From positions 6,138,001 through 6,202,000 of the forward strand of contig OX597825.1 of the NCBI GenBank assembly GCA_951406725.2: a stretch of 64,000 bases of DNA, read 5' to 3'. Each line of letters starts with the position of its first letter. Positions within the stretch are counted from its first letter, which is position 1. The translations under genes were made by a program, and so were the position numbers. The stretch comes from Octopus vulgaris. Its lineage: Eukaryota. The notes beneath the pieces were generated by a model. The model did not search any database. It was given only the letters and a program-made list of their open reading frames with translations, and was not told the DNA's origin. Shown piece by piece: positions 17,831 through 39,687 of this stretch.

Positions 17831-20479
17831 TTAGGACTAGTTATTGGGTGTGATCTTTTTTAAGACATCAGGTGTGATTTGAGGGAGACTTGTTTGCTAT
17901 TTCTGGCATTTCAAACAATTATTTTGTCAGTGGTAACAAAATAAAACCACATTTGATAAAAACATTTATTTATAGCAAAATATTTCACTCCACTCGCCAC
18001 CATACATACACATAGACACTCCTATACACACACACACATACATACATATGTACAGTCACATATGAGGAAGAAATTGATTAGAGATTATTTTCCTTGAAGA
18101 ACTTTGATATCAAATTAACTGGAAATCTACTTAATCAGTTTTATAAAAACATCCTGACTTGTGAAGCTTCACTTTGTAGTCTGTTTCCACATTCACCAGT
18201 TTGACAAAACTATATCATGGCAGAAACCAGTCCAAAAAGTAAGGCTTTTTTAAAGATTCACTCACTGTTCACTTTCTCTGGGTTTTCTATGTACTGTTCA
18301 TGTAGCTTTGGTTATTTTTTCTGATGAGTTGTAGTACACTTGAGCACTGTAGACAATCAGTTCATTACACACACACACACGTACTAATTTTAATTGTATA
18401 GTTTTTTTTTTCTCTTCTCTTTATCTCATTTATTCTATTTCCTGAAAGACTCCACTTAAATATACATTTCCCCTTCTTGAATTACTAAGCTCTGTAAAAC
18501 GTATAATTACCTGTAATGCATACCAGCGCTGCCCAGGTGTTATGACCTACAGCCACATTGTATTGTATTATTTGTTCCTTTCTCATGGGCAGAATCAGCT
18601 CAGCTGATATATAGCGAGCTGGATTACTGGCATAATGGATGTTATTGTTTGTTTAAAAGTGAAGTGGGGAGGGGTACAATTTGCATGGGTTTGCATGAAA
18701 GTGCTTTCTGCTCTTAAGAAGGATCACAAACTATGTATTGTCTCATCCTATATAAAGGGGTTAGTGCGATTTTACCTAGAAATCACGTTTTCAAAATTTT
18801 AATTTTCCTCCGTCCCCATTGCAATTTCTCAATTTGTAACTTTTCCTTTCCCCCGCCTCGCTCACCAATCACCTACCCACTTTCAAGAAGCTAAAACTTC
18901 CCAATGTTTCACTTTTGTCCGATGTTTCAAGCATGCTTAGAATTGTACTGAAATAGCAGATGTAAAAGATACCTGACCACCACCAGAAAACCTGACATGC
19001 TAGAAACAGCAGATAAACGACGTTATTTGTAAAGAATCTTCCCTGCTTTCCAAGAAGTTAAAAGTGAAACTTTGGGAGTTTAACTTTTTGAAAGGGGTGA
19101 GGTGATGGGTGGATGTTTGGAAAAGAGATTTTAGTGTTTCTTTAATAAAAAAAGGAAGAAGAAAATTCTTAATGATTCGTACTCTGTGGATTACCAAGAA
19201 TAAAATTTGGAAAAAAGTAACAATGAAGAAATTGATGTAGGGAGGGAGGGAGGAAATTAAAACATTGATAATCCTAATCCTAATCTCCTGTATCAAAAAC
19301 AGATGAATCGGAAGAAATTGAGGAAAAAAATAAGGGTGGGATGCCCATGTTACCTTGGACTTGCTAGAAACAACAGGTAAAGAACAGGATTTCTGGGGAA
19401 ACTTCCTTTTATGTTTATATCAGGTTTTTAAATACGTTCATCACAAGAATGAATTACAGAATAGAAAAAAGGGATTTCAATTGGATTTGAGCTGTAATTT
19501 TGCGAATGCACACAGCAAGAAATAACATAATTCATACGGAAGTTTTACCTAGAAAGTGTGCCAAAGGAAGTTATTTTATGGTATTCTTTCATTTGAAACA
19601 GTAAAGTTGTCAACTTGATCACATGATCGATCATATGGGATCATATGATTGTTTATTAATTTGCGTAAAAAATTTTTTTTATTTCTTTATGCTTTGAAGA
19701 GAGCAGAAACTGGAAGAGGGGAGAAAGTGAAATGGCAACATTTGCTTTGAAGTGAGAGCAGAAAGTGAAAGAGAAGAGAAAGTGAAAGATGTATGTACAT
19801 GTATATTAAATGGACATGTGTGTGTGTTTGTGTGCGTGTGCATCTGTGCATGTGCGTGAGGGAGAGAGAGAGAATGAGTGAGTGAAGGTGTGTGTTGTGA
19901 CGTATATATTTTTTTGCATGTATGTGTAAGTGGCACTCACTCACTCTCTTTCTTTCTCTCTCACACACATACACATTATCTTTCATATACATGTACATAA
20001 ATACATATGCATACAACTTTTTTGTACGCATGTGTACATGTATGTGTGCATTTCCTCATAACATAGAGAAATGGATGTCTTTTAATGAAATTTTCATGGT
20101 TATGGCTTATTTTGATACAATATTTACGTGTGCATTTTCATAAATATTTGTTTGAATAGAATTCTACTCATGCGTGAATCCTTAAAAGCAATTTGAAATA
20201 TTGCCCAATAATGACCTCAAAATTGTGTGACCTGACCTCATTTGCAATGTCATTTTAGTAATAAAAAAAAAGTTGTGTCAAAACAGTTTATTTGGTAGCT
20301 TTTATACTTGATCATCCCGTAAATAATGGGGTTTTTTACACTTTTATTTTTTAAAACTAAGATAAACAAACTTCTTTGTTCATCTAAAATATGCTCTCCA
20401 TCATTTCCTACAATGCTCTTCCATCTCTCTGGTAGACTTGCAAGGCCCTTCTTCCAAAATTCAAATTGAAAGTGTGAAA

Positions 20480-20720
20480 CTCCCTTTCTACAACCTGGTC
20501 GTTGTAGAGCCTTGTCTTTCGAATAACTTTAAGCTGGTTGTTCAGTGGGCGTGGCAATCCTGTAGTTGGTTTTTGAAGGAAGAAGCATTTGCATAGAGAT
20601 GTTCTTTAACCCTCTTGTATATTTGTCTGTTGAAGAATTCATTATATTTGTTGTACGTGATTTTATACACCACACTGTTCGGCGTTTCATGATTCAAATT
20701 GTAAAATATATGAGAGATGA
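20480..20720 (-). mobile_element. Penelope-like GIY-YIG endonuclease remnant
   Basis: Encodes NSVVYKITYNKYNEFF-NRQIYKRVKEH...SSFKNQLQDC, a decayed VVYxIxCxxC..YIG..R.L..R..EH motif. Confidence 0.6.
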
Positions 20721-21985
20721 AGAAATATAATACTAGAGTAAAAATGTCCCAGTGAAGAGGAAGAAGATATCGTTTCATCATGTGTTATAGGTCGGTATGA
20801 AAAAAGAACACTGGAGTTTGTTGACATTTTTGATAAGCAAAATTTTATTTTTTATGTAAACAAAAATCAAAAGTATGTCATAACTACGAACAACAAAACA
20901 TTGAGAGAGGTTTTGTTCTTGGTGTAGCAGCAGCAGCAGCAGATAAAGCGTCGTTAGTTGCTTACTGATTACTGACTTCTAACGAGATTCGTTCCCTGAC
21001 TTTTCCCTGCTTTTGTGTTGTCGGCTGCTGTCTGCCATCTCTGTTGGCCATCTCCCACAGCGTCTGTATCCCAAAGCTCTCTGTCTAATAGTCAATGGAG
21101 TGCTGAATTTATACTGGTTGATAGGCTCTGAAGGAAGCAAACTAAAAGAGGAGATTGCCACTGGACCCTGTTCAACGCAATGTGGAGATTCTGTTCATCA
21201 CATGGGCAATATTCAAGCAAATCACAACGTCAGATCCTTGATAGATGTTCTGACATTAGTTGACTCATAACAAGATGACAGGTTCAAAATTCTATCGTAA
21301 AACAGTCAGATCTGAGGAAATAAACTAATTCAAATTGTGAAAGATGATAGATTCTGTGAGGAAGAAAAGAACTCTGAGAAGCTGTTGTTTGTGCTGCTGA
21401 TGATGATGTTGAGATAGTTTTGGTGGTGACAATTGTGTTGGTGCTGGTGTTGATGCTGTTGCTGTTGAGCGAACGGTATTTGTCCCAGAGCTCGCAAGAT
21501 GGGAGAAGTCCGAAACGTGGTCCTTTACTATTCGTAAGACCCTGCAGAAGAAAAAGCAGGTCAACCCCCCCGACACCAAGAGCATCGATGGATGGACGAA
21601 TGTGCATCCAGGCTCTCACCGGTTGCGTAGGAAGTTGGGGACAAGAAACAGGAAGAAAGTGTGAGAGAAAGTTGGAGCGAAAGAGTACAGCAGGGGTCGC
21701 CACCATCCCCTGCCGGAGCCTCGTGGAGCTTTAGGTGTTTTCGCTCAATATGGTGTTGGTGTTGGTGTTGGAGGTGTTATTGTTGGTGGCGGCAATCATT
21801 TATACTGTTTATCAGTCCTCATTGATCAAAGGTATTTCACACCTGTCTTATCTAATAAGCCTAATCTAATTAAGATGGTGCTGGTGAGTGATTTGTGGTG
21901 TTGGTGGTGATGATAATTGAGATTATGTTTAGTGATTTGTGGTTATTCTGGATTGTATGAGAAGACCTCTGAAGCATTCAGGACA

Positions 21986-22182
21986 TTATATAACAACCAC
22001 TTTCCTATTACAGGGTGGCATTGTGGTTGGGGGAAGGGTTAGGGTTAGGGTTTCTTTATCCTTTGTAGTCATAGCTGTAGTTGTAGTTCTTTTTTTAGTA
22101 GTATAAGTAGTAGTAGCAGTAGCAGCAGCAGCAGCAGAAGTAGTAGTAATAGTAGTAGTAGTAGTAGCAGCAGCAGCAGTAC

Positions 22183-22231
<49 letters not shown>

Positions 22232-22400
22232 TGTAGTAGTAGCAGCAGCAGTAGTAGTAGCAGCAGCAGCAGCAGAAGTAGTAGCAGAAGCAGCAGCAGC
22301 AGTAGTAGTAGTAGTAGCAGCAGCAGCAGCATTGGCAGTGGTGGTGGTGGTGGTGGTGGCGGTGGTCATAGTAGGGACGGTTGTATTGTTGCTACCGCCA
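21986..22400. repeat. Compound (GTA)n/(GCA)n/(GTG)n trinucleotide microsatellite
   Basis: Seen directly. It produces the poly-T/A, poly-L and poly-V ORFs in the track. Confidence 0.95.
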
Positions 22401-22579
22401 TAACATCAATTTCACGATAGCATTTAGATTAATCTTATCACTTTAATGTGCAATTCTTTCCTTTCCACTGGCAGAGCTTTCTCACACACACACACACACA
22501 CACACAAGTTTTAGTGAAACTTGTTTGATATTGAGAATTAACTTTGAAACAAGTCATGGTTTAGAAAGACAATTGCTGC

Positions 22580-23000
22580 AATCCATTCTCCAGGAATGCC
22601 ATTGTTCAATAATTGAGAACCTGGTGTTATTCTGTATTCTTAAAAGAAAATGGTATTGTATCAAATAAAAGTGGTTTAGAAATTGTGACGCAGGCTGGAA
22701 AGCGGAACATTTTCCTATCGAAGTCGGATGTAGAGGCTTTGTTGGACACAGTGTGAGACGACTGTTGTTATCGCTAGGCCTAACTCATCGTAAAGTCAAT
22801 ACCACCATGACTGATATCCAATCTACAGTGCAGAAGGCTAGCCACTGGATTTGGTTAAAAAGAAACGATGAGCGATAGCTAGAAGTATATTGAGTTCTTC
22901 ATAACCAGCTGGGCCTCATATCAGTGAGGGGGGCCGGTGCGCATTGATGCCGTCGAGAGGTAGGCCCCGAAACGGCACGCATTCTCTCCTGATGACCCCA
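22580..23000 (+). mobile_element. RLE-type (HERO/NeSL-like) non-LTR retrotransposon 3' remnant
   Basis: Encodes AGWKAEHFPIEVGCRGFVGHSVRRLLLSLGL...VQKASHWIWLKRNDER*, typical of the restriction-like endonuclease C-terminus. Confidence 0.75.
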
Positions 23001-23992
23001 TACACTTGCTGGCTTCCGGTATACGGAGCTTTTGACTGGTAGCACTTGCATGTGCAAGTTGTTTGCAAGACATCTACAGGTATAGCTGTGTGGTAAAAAG
23101 CTTGTCATTCATACCACACAGCTCCACAAGGTGGCAAGCTGGCAGAACCATTAGCACGCCGGGCGAAATGCTTAGCGGTATTTCATCTGCCGTTACGTTC
23201 TGAGTTCAAATTCTGCCGAGGTCGACTTTGCCTTTCATCCTTTCAGAGTCGATAAATTAAGTACCAGTTATGCACTGGGGTCAATATAATTGACTTAATC
23301 CGTTGTCTGTCCTTGTTTGTCCCCTCTATGTTTAGCCCCTCGTGGGCAGTAAAGAAATAAGAAGCTTGTCATTTGACTGCGGCCATGCTGGAGCACTGCC
23401 TTTTAGTCGAAGAAATCGACCCCAGGACTTATTCTTTGTACGCCTGATACTTATTTTGTTGTTCTCATTTGCTGAACAACTAATTTATGGGGAAGTAAAC
23501 ACACCAACATCGGTTGTCAAGCAATAGTGAGGAGCCACACACAGACACACAAACACACACACATATATATATATACGATGGGTTTCTTTCAGTTTCCATC
23601 TACTATATCCACTCACAAGGCTTTGGTTGACTCGAGGCTATAGTAGAACCATGTGGCTGGTAAGCAAACTTCTTACCACACAGCCACTCCTGTGCCTCTG
23701 TTGTTCATCATTAAAAAATATCAGTTCCATTATAAAGGACTTTTGCTGGTTTTTTTTTGTTTTGAACAACAGAAATATTACCTTAAAAAGACATTGTACG
23801 CTTTTTGATTTTGCACACGTGCACATTATTTATCAGTTATTTTGGTAATTGATAACTAACTACTTCTTTTTAATTTATCAACTAACTCCTCATGCAAAGC
23901 CAGAATAACAATACTCTTGATTAGAGACAGGCATTTTGTTTGAATATTACTCTTCTATTCAAGGATACGCTCTTTGCAGTGTCATGGTGACC

Positions 23993-24465
23993 TACAAGGT
24001 CTGATCAATAAGTATTCGGACTGTTGCCATAGTAACGAAGCTAAAGTGTGCTGAGTGAAGCCACTTGGCAAAGATAGACCCTGAACTATGCTGTGCATGT
24101 GTACTAAGTTTTAACACTCTAGCTAACTTCTGCTGTTTACAGCAGTGCTCGGAAGGAAGGTGTGTAGCATGTGATCATCGCACTGACCATGACAGAGAAA
24201 GTTGTCATGGTGATACCTGCTGCTCAGAGGCCTATGCAGAGTTGCAGAAAGTGTAAGAAGGAGGAGTGTATGAACTGCGCACGTGTGCATGAGTGGTTCA
24301 GATGTTTCCAAGATGGTAAAAAAAAAAAAAATGTCGATATTAACGAATGCTCTGGGAGATCTGCGACCAGCAGAACTGAGAAAAACATTGCAGATATGCT
24401 TGCAGCTGTGAGGAGAAATCATCGAATCACCATCCAGGAGTTATCAGAGGATGTGCAGACTAGGT
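23993..24465 (+). mobile_element. Mariner 5' fragment (TIR plus HTH region of transposase)
   Basis: TA-CAAGGTCTGATCAATAAGT TIR-like start. Encodes ARVHEWFRCFQDG...ECSGRSATSRTEKNIADMLAAVRRNHRITIQELSEDV. Confidence 0.75.
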
Positions 24466-24486
24466 ACGGGCTTCTTTCAGTTTCCA

Positions 24487-24517
<31 letters not shown>

Positions 24518-24534
24518 ATATATATATATATATA

Positions 24535-24942
24535 GGCGCAGGAGTGGCTGTGTGGTAAGTAGCTTGCTAACCAACCACATGGTTCCGGGTTCAGTTCAGT
24601 CCCACTGCGTGGCACCTTGGGCAAGTGTCTTCTGCTATAGCCTCGGGCCGACCAATGCCTTGTGAGTGGATTTGGTAGACGGAAACTGAAAGAAGCCCAT
24701 CGTATATATGTATATATATATATGTATGTGTGTGTATATGTTTGTGTGTCTGTGCTTGTCCCCCTAGCATTGCTTGACAACTGATGCTGGTGTGTTTACG
24801 TCCCCGTTACTTAGCGGTTCGGCAAAAGAGACCGATAGAATAAGTACTGGGCTTACAAAGAATAAATCCCAGGCTCGATTTGCTCGACTAAAGGTGGTGC
24901 TCCAGCATGGCCGCAGTTAAATGACTGAAACAAGTAAAAGAG
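24535..24942 (+). mobile_element. tRNA-derived SINE family A (representative full copy)
   Basis: Head GGCGCAGGAGTGGCTGTGTGGTAAG...GGTTCAGTCCC, CORE-like GCACCTTGGGCAAGTGTC, internal (TA/TG)n and tail CCAGCATGGCCGCAGT...GAAACAAGTAAAAGAG. Other copies: 40887-41283, 57115-57510 (+); 13175-13560, 32070-32445, 44760-45128, 58810-59200, 61975-62340 (-). Confidence 0.85.
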
Positions 24943-25117
24943 TATATATACAATCAAAATAAGCAACAAGGATATCTAGAGGTAATGCATTACCTCTGGA
25001 TATCCTTGTGGCTTATTTTGATTATAATAACCCCATTTTGAATTATATTTACCATACTAAATTCTGGTGCACTTAACTTGAGTACCATGTTCAACTGAAT
25101 CTAAATTTTACTGAACT

Positions 25118-25189
<72 letters not shown>

Positions 25190-25190
<1 letters not shown>

Positions 25191-26100
25191 TTCATTTCAT
25201 TTCATTTCATTTGAGTTTGAGTCCATGCTCAGGCCAAGTCGAAGACTCCACCCTCAGAGTCTGGTGTGGTTGCCAGGTTGTATTCTCTGTTTAATTTTGA
25301 CATGTGTAGGAGCGAGTTTGAGTCAGTTTGTGCTCGTTGTGTATATCCTGGGAGGTGGGGTTCATCTCTAATGGTGCTTAAGTATCTATCCAGCTGCAAT
25401 TTGAATGATTCCACACTGCATCCTGATAGATTTCTGACATGTACCGGAATGAAGTTGAATAGTTGTGCTCCTCGAACCAACAGACTTGACTCTCGCAGGG
25501 TTTTTGCTGCCTGGCCAGCCTTTTTGTTGATTGGTGGTAGCTGGCAGCGTCTTCCGTGGCGCAGTGAGTGGTAGGTTTTGATACCAAAGTTTGGCACCTT
25601 TTGCTCTATCATTTTCCAAATGTATATAATTCGGTATCGCTCAAATCTTCTTTCTATTGAGTACATCTTCAAGGTTTTGAGTCTTTGCCAATAGTCCAGG
25701 TCCCTCGTTTCTGAGAAGTATGAGGTAAAATTTCTTTGGAGCGATTCCATCTTAGATAGTTGGCCCTTTGTTGTTGGTGACCACAACTGAGAACAGTAGT
25801 CAATCCTCGGAAGTATCATACTGTTCCAGAGGGTTTTCATTGTTGAGGTATCTCTTGATTTGAAGGTGCACAAGATCCACCCGCTGTACTTTCTTGCAGT
25901 AAGACAGACTGAGTCAAAGTGTTCTCTGAATTTTAGGCTGGTTCCCATGTGGATGCCTAAATCTTTCACATACTGTTTTTCCATTATTTGTTGTCCTGAT
26001 GGGTTTCTGTAGTTTGTTGTATTTTTCAGATCTTGATCTGTTCCGTAGCGGATTAGTTCAAACTTCTTATCATTGAACAACATGTTGTTTGTTTCCTGCC
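25190..26100 (-). mobile_element. 5'-truncated CR1/L2-like LINE, uninterrupted ORF2 C-terminus (about 290 aa) with (AATGA)n tail
   Basis: ORF 25229-26100 contains WQETNNMLFNDKKF, KDLGIHM, YCSQLWSP, ESLQRNFT and RLKTLKMYSIERRFERY. The (TTCAT)n tail is at 25190-25212 and the copy is embedded in (TA)n. Confidence 0.88.
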
Positions 26101-26135
<35 letters not shown>

Positions 26136-26153
26136 GGTGTGAGCATGAATATA

Positions 26154-26401
26154 AGTGGAACCCCGGTTTATGAATGCTTCCCATCACGAACAATTTTCGA
26201 ATATATAGAAGAACATCGAGTGAGGAACATTGTCTCGTGTAACAATTAACGAGAAGCTTGGAGTGTCAGCGGAAGAACATTCTCGAAATCGCCGTGCCTT
26301 CTCTTGAATTTCTTACGAGAAAAACAGTTTCAGTTTTCGAATATTTCGAGTAACGAACGGCTTTCAAAGACGAATTAAATTCTTAAAGCGAAGTTCCACG
26401 G
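26154..26401. mobile_element. pogo/Tigger-type MITE just upstream of the CDA start codon
   Basis: Decayed TIRs AGTGGAACCCCGGTT...AAGCGAAGTTCCACGG flanked by TA. Confidence 0.6.
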
Positions 26402-26496
26402 TACGGGGCTGTGGGTGTGTGTGTAACAGCTGATTGTACTTCAATAGAGTACTCTCCCTTCCGTAATTCTTCGCTTAACGCAAAAATCCTCGTTGA

Positions 26497-35510
<9,014 letters not shown>

Positions 35511-35609
35511 TTCAGTTGCTGCATTTAAAATGTGCAATTGATATTCTTCATCTCCTTCAGGAAATTCAGTTTTATAATGTATCATAAAACAACGATTATT
35601 TTGTTTTAA

Positions 35610-35615
35610 AATAAA
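35610..35615 (+). promoter_or_regulatory. Probable CDA polyadenylation signal
   Basis: AATAAA 100 nt after the CDA stop codon, followed by a T-rich tract. Confidence 0.55.
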
Positions 35616-36579
35616 AGTCTTTCAAAAAATTTCTTCTGTATTTTCTATTCTTTAAACTTTTCTATATTTGTTGGTTTCCCTCTCTCTCTTTCGGAGAGGC
35701 ACTGAGCAGCTATACGCACACATACACACACGGCAGTAACTCCTGCCTACCGAATTCAATCACAAAGCTCCGGTTGGCTCGGGGCTATAGTAGAAGACAC
35801 CTACCCAAAGTGCCACGCTGTGGGACTGAACCCGAAACCATGTAACTAGGAAGCAAGCTCCCTAACCACACAGCCATGCTTGCTTCTTTTGTATATTTTC
35901 ATAATTCATCTACCTTGGATCGTAGGGTGACCTGCTGTGCTTGAGGAGACCTATTGAGTCAAGTACATTAACATCAAAATAAATATCAGAAAGAGATTGT
36001 AGTTGTGATACCTGTGCCGGCGGCACGTAAAAAGCACCATCCAAACATGGCCGATGCCAGCACCGCCTTGACTGGCGCCTGTGCCGGTGGCACGTAAAAA
36101 GCACCCACTACACTCACGGAGTGGTAGGTGTTAGGAAAGGCATCCAGCAGTAGAAACACTACCAGATCAGACTGGAGCATGGTACAGCCTCTTAGCTTCC
36201 CAGACCCCGATCGAACCGTCTGACCCATGCTAGCACGGAAAACGAACGTTAAACGATGATGATGATGATGAATTACATTAGGATGTCTGTTCGTCTCTGC
36301 ACAATGTTTCTGTAGTTAAAATGCTTTGAATTTAAAAGAATAACTTTTATCTTTTACTTCTGCAGCCATTCTGGGGCACATCCTGAAGAATTTTTAGTTG
36401 AATGTATCGGTGCCAGTACTTATTTTTTACAAAGCCTGTTACTTATTCTATCAGTCCCTTCAGCCAAACTGCTAAGTTACACGGACATAAACACACCAGT
36501 ACCAGTTATCAAGCAGTGTAGATGGAACACACACAGACATAAAAACACACACACACACACATAGATATATGCATATTTC

Positions 36580-36820
36580 TTTTTCTTAATCCTTTTTACT
36601 CCTTGTGGAGCAAAGGGCCTCAACAGTTGTTTTCCACTTTTTGCGGTCATTGGCGTGTTTCTTGGCTGCTTCCCATGTCAGGCCGGTGGTCCTGAGCTCG
36701 TCCAAAATGCTCCACTTCCATGTCTGCTTCGGGTGTCCTCGCTTCCTTTTCCCCTGCGGGTTCCAGTCAAGTGCTTGTCGTGTCACATTTGAGGGTTCTT
36801 TCCACAGTGTCTTTCCGATC
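36580..36820 (-). mobile_element. RTE/BovB-like LINE 3' end
   Basis: Encodes RQALDWNPQGKRKRGHPKQTW...LTWEAAKKHANDRKKWKTTVEALCS. Confidence 0.8.
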
Positions 36821-38683
36821 CATATATGTATATACACCTATATACAATGGTCTTCTTTCACTTTCTTTCTACCACGCCCACTCACAAGGCTTTGGTCAGC
36901 CTGAGGTTATAGTTGAAGACACTTGCTCAAGGTGTCATGCAGTGGGACTGAACCTGGAACCATGTGGTTGGGAAGCAAGCTTCTTACCATGCAGCCACTC
37001 CTGCACCTATGGTTATTTCTCATCTCTATCAAAACTATACTCCAGTATTTTTAAAATGTCAATTATTTTTATGTATATTTTCTGTCTTTTATGGATGAAA
37101 AATGCTTGAATTCCATCAGCTGCAGTGCAGGAGGAGAGCAGTATTTTAAAGGAGAGCCTGGTGCACCCTTCTGGTTTGCCAGTCCTCTGTCGAACCATCC
37201 AGCCTATGCCAGCATGGAAAGTGGACGTTAAACGACGACGACGACGATGATGATGATGATGATACAAGGAAACAAGGACTACCTCTTTGACACCAGCAGC
37301 ACAATAAATAAAACCATTTCTTACACTGGTAAGAAATAGGGATGGTTTCCAGTCATCAGAACCATACACCATCCCCCCCACCACACTATCATCATCATCA
37401 TCATCATCATTTAGCATCCGCTTTCCATGCTAGCATGGGTTGGACGGTTCAACTGGGGTCTGGGAAGCCAGAAGGCTGCACCAGGCCCAGTCTAATCTGG
37501 CAATGTTTCTACGGTTGGATGCCCTTCCTAACGCCAACCACTCTGTGAGTGTAGTGGGTGCTTTTTACGTGACACCGGCACAGGTGCCAGACGGGGCTGG
37601 CAAACGGCCACAGACAGATGGTGCTTTTTATGTGCCACCGGCACGGGGACCAGGCAAAGCTGGCAATGGCCATGATCGGATGGTGCTTTTTATGTGCCAC
37701 CGGCACGGAGGCCAGTAACTGTCTATAAACACTATCTATACGCATACGTGTGTGTGTATGTATATCTGTGTTTGGGGGAATGTGTATATTCTTTTACTGT
37801 GGCCATGCTGGGGCACAGCCTTTAGTTGAACAAATCTACCCCAGGGCTTATTCTTTGTAAGCCTAGTACTTATTGTATTGGTCACTTTTGCTGAACCGCT
37901 AAGTTACAAGGACGTAAACACACCAACATTGGTTGTTAAGCAATGGTGAGAGGACAAACACACACAAATACATACATACATACATACACACATACATAGA
38001 TGCATACATACATACATACATACAATGGGCTTCTTTCAGTTTCTGTCTACCAAATCCTCTCACAAGGCTTTGGTCAGCCCGAGGCTATAGCAGAGGACAC
38101 TTGCCCAAAGTGCCACACAATGTGCTTAGAAAAGAGCAAACAGTAATAAATGGACTTGGTCGAAATGAATTTGATTCTACCACAAATGATAAAATTAAAA
38201 CTAAATCTGAGAGAAATATAAAAAAATTATCTTTGCAATTGTTCCAAACAGGAATCCGGTTATGTGAAAAATAAGTGTATGACTAAAAATGTGATATATA
38301 GATGTAAAGTTACATCTTAGGTTAATGAATACTTTTACATCAGTGCAGCATCATTAATATTCAAGATGAGACTGGCAAATTAGAAATAATTACAAAAGAT
38401 TCCAAGCAAATCTTAGCAGATTTCCACTTTTTTCTTATTTTTATTGTCCTAAAATTTTCGTTGCATCTTGCAATCTTTTCAATAGTTTTGACTCTATTGA
38501 AAAGATTACAAGACGCAACAAAAATTTTAGGACAATAAAAATAAGAAAAAAGTGGAAATTTTACCGGTGAGTGTGTTACATAATAAGGAACAAAAAGAAA
38601 ATGACTCTCCCCAGACACAACAGAATATGCTACAACACACGAACTCATATAAAGAATCTTGCAAACCAAATCCAAAAACCAAA

Positions 38684-38724
<41 letters not shown>

Positions 38725-39056
38725 GGAGGAAATATTTCTATTAAATAAAATAATATTAACCATTACTCTTAAAGTAATGCTGGAATGTTAGTTATAATTT
38801 ACACTTACAATCTACAATTAATTTGAGGTGTTTGCTTTGTAAATTCTCACAATTAGCTAACAAAATGTCCAGGGTCTCACGTAAACAGGGTCTGTAGGCT
38901 GCTCATTGCCTTGGTGAGGTTCAGCTGAAGCTATCACCAATTAATGTAGTGGTTTATATTCTTAGATTTCAAAATAGAAACATAAGCTACTCCAGGAGCT
39001 ACAAAGTGTAAAGCTGATAATCTGGTCAGGCATGAAGGATGAGCCTAATGTTCACA

Positions 39057-39405
39057 GATCTTTTCGCTTTGACCGGCAGATTTTTAAAATAATTTCTTTG
39101 TAACTAAACACTTATAAACTTCGTATACAGGTAGAATGTGTTTATAAAACATATTTTTCTCTTGGCTTTCTTGAAAAAATACTGTAGTTTGTAAGCTGTT
39201 TGTTGTTTAATTTCTTGCATTTCGGCAATTTCAACCAATCAATGACGTCTATCAAACAACAAATAGCTTACAAACTACAAAATTTTCTCAAGAAAGCCAA
39301 GAGAAAAATGTGTTTTTTAAACACATTCTACCAGTATACGAAGTATAAAAGTTTTTAGTTATAAAGAAAATATTTTAAAAATCTGCCGGTCAAAGTGAAA
39401 AGATC
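39057..39405. mobile_element. Foldback MITE with about 150-bp terminal inverted repeats
   Basis: GATCTTTTCGCTTTGACCGGCAGATTTTTAAAATA... and ...TATTTTAAAAATCTGCCGGTCAAAGTGAAAAGATC, with a spacer of about 45 nt. Confidence 0.85.
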
Positions 39406-39599
39406 CAATAAAACTATGGATGTTTACTGGCTGACGAAAGTGAGAGTGGAGACATTGAGCCAATGATTGTTGTTTTTCATTTAATCTTTAGTATTAGACA
39501 TTTTTTTCCAAACACCTAGGACCTTATATTCACATAAGAAATCCTATATTCCCAAATCCGTATGTCTCTCACGAAAAGACATTCAGCTGATAACCCTGA

Positions 39600-39687
39600 G
39601 TGACGGACTTCGCAGCTCGCCTCGTGTGTAACGCAACATTCCCACAAAACTATTTTGATTTTACCGCTCAGCTCCGGACTCTTTGAT
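39600..39687 (+). other. BUB3: Putative non-coding first exon of BUB3 (5' boundary approximate)
   Basis: The ATG exon has an upstream acceptor (cag 42681-42683), so a 5' UTR exon must exist. This CpG-containing unique segment ends in a GTAAGT donor at 39688. Confidence 0.4.

Noticed and set aside
19000-19296. 98-aa hydrophobic minus-strand ORF
   Set aside because: It reflects compositional bias of a purine-rich plus strand, with no recognisable motif.
22036-22050. Telomere-like GGGTTAGGGTTAGGG
   Set aside because: Only about 2.5 units inside low-complexity sequence.
21986-22403. Poly-Thr/Ala, poly-Leu and poly-Val ORFs
   Set aside because: They are translations of a trinucleotide microsatellite with no splice or domain support.
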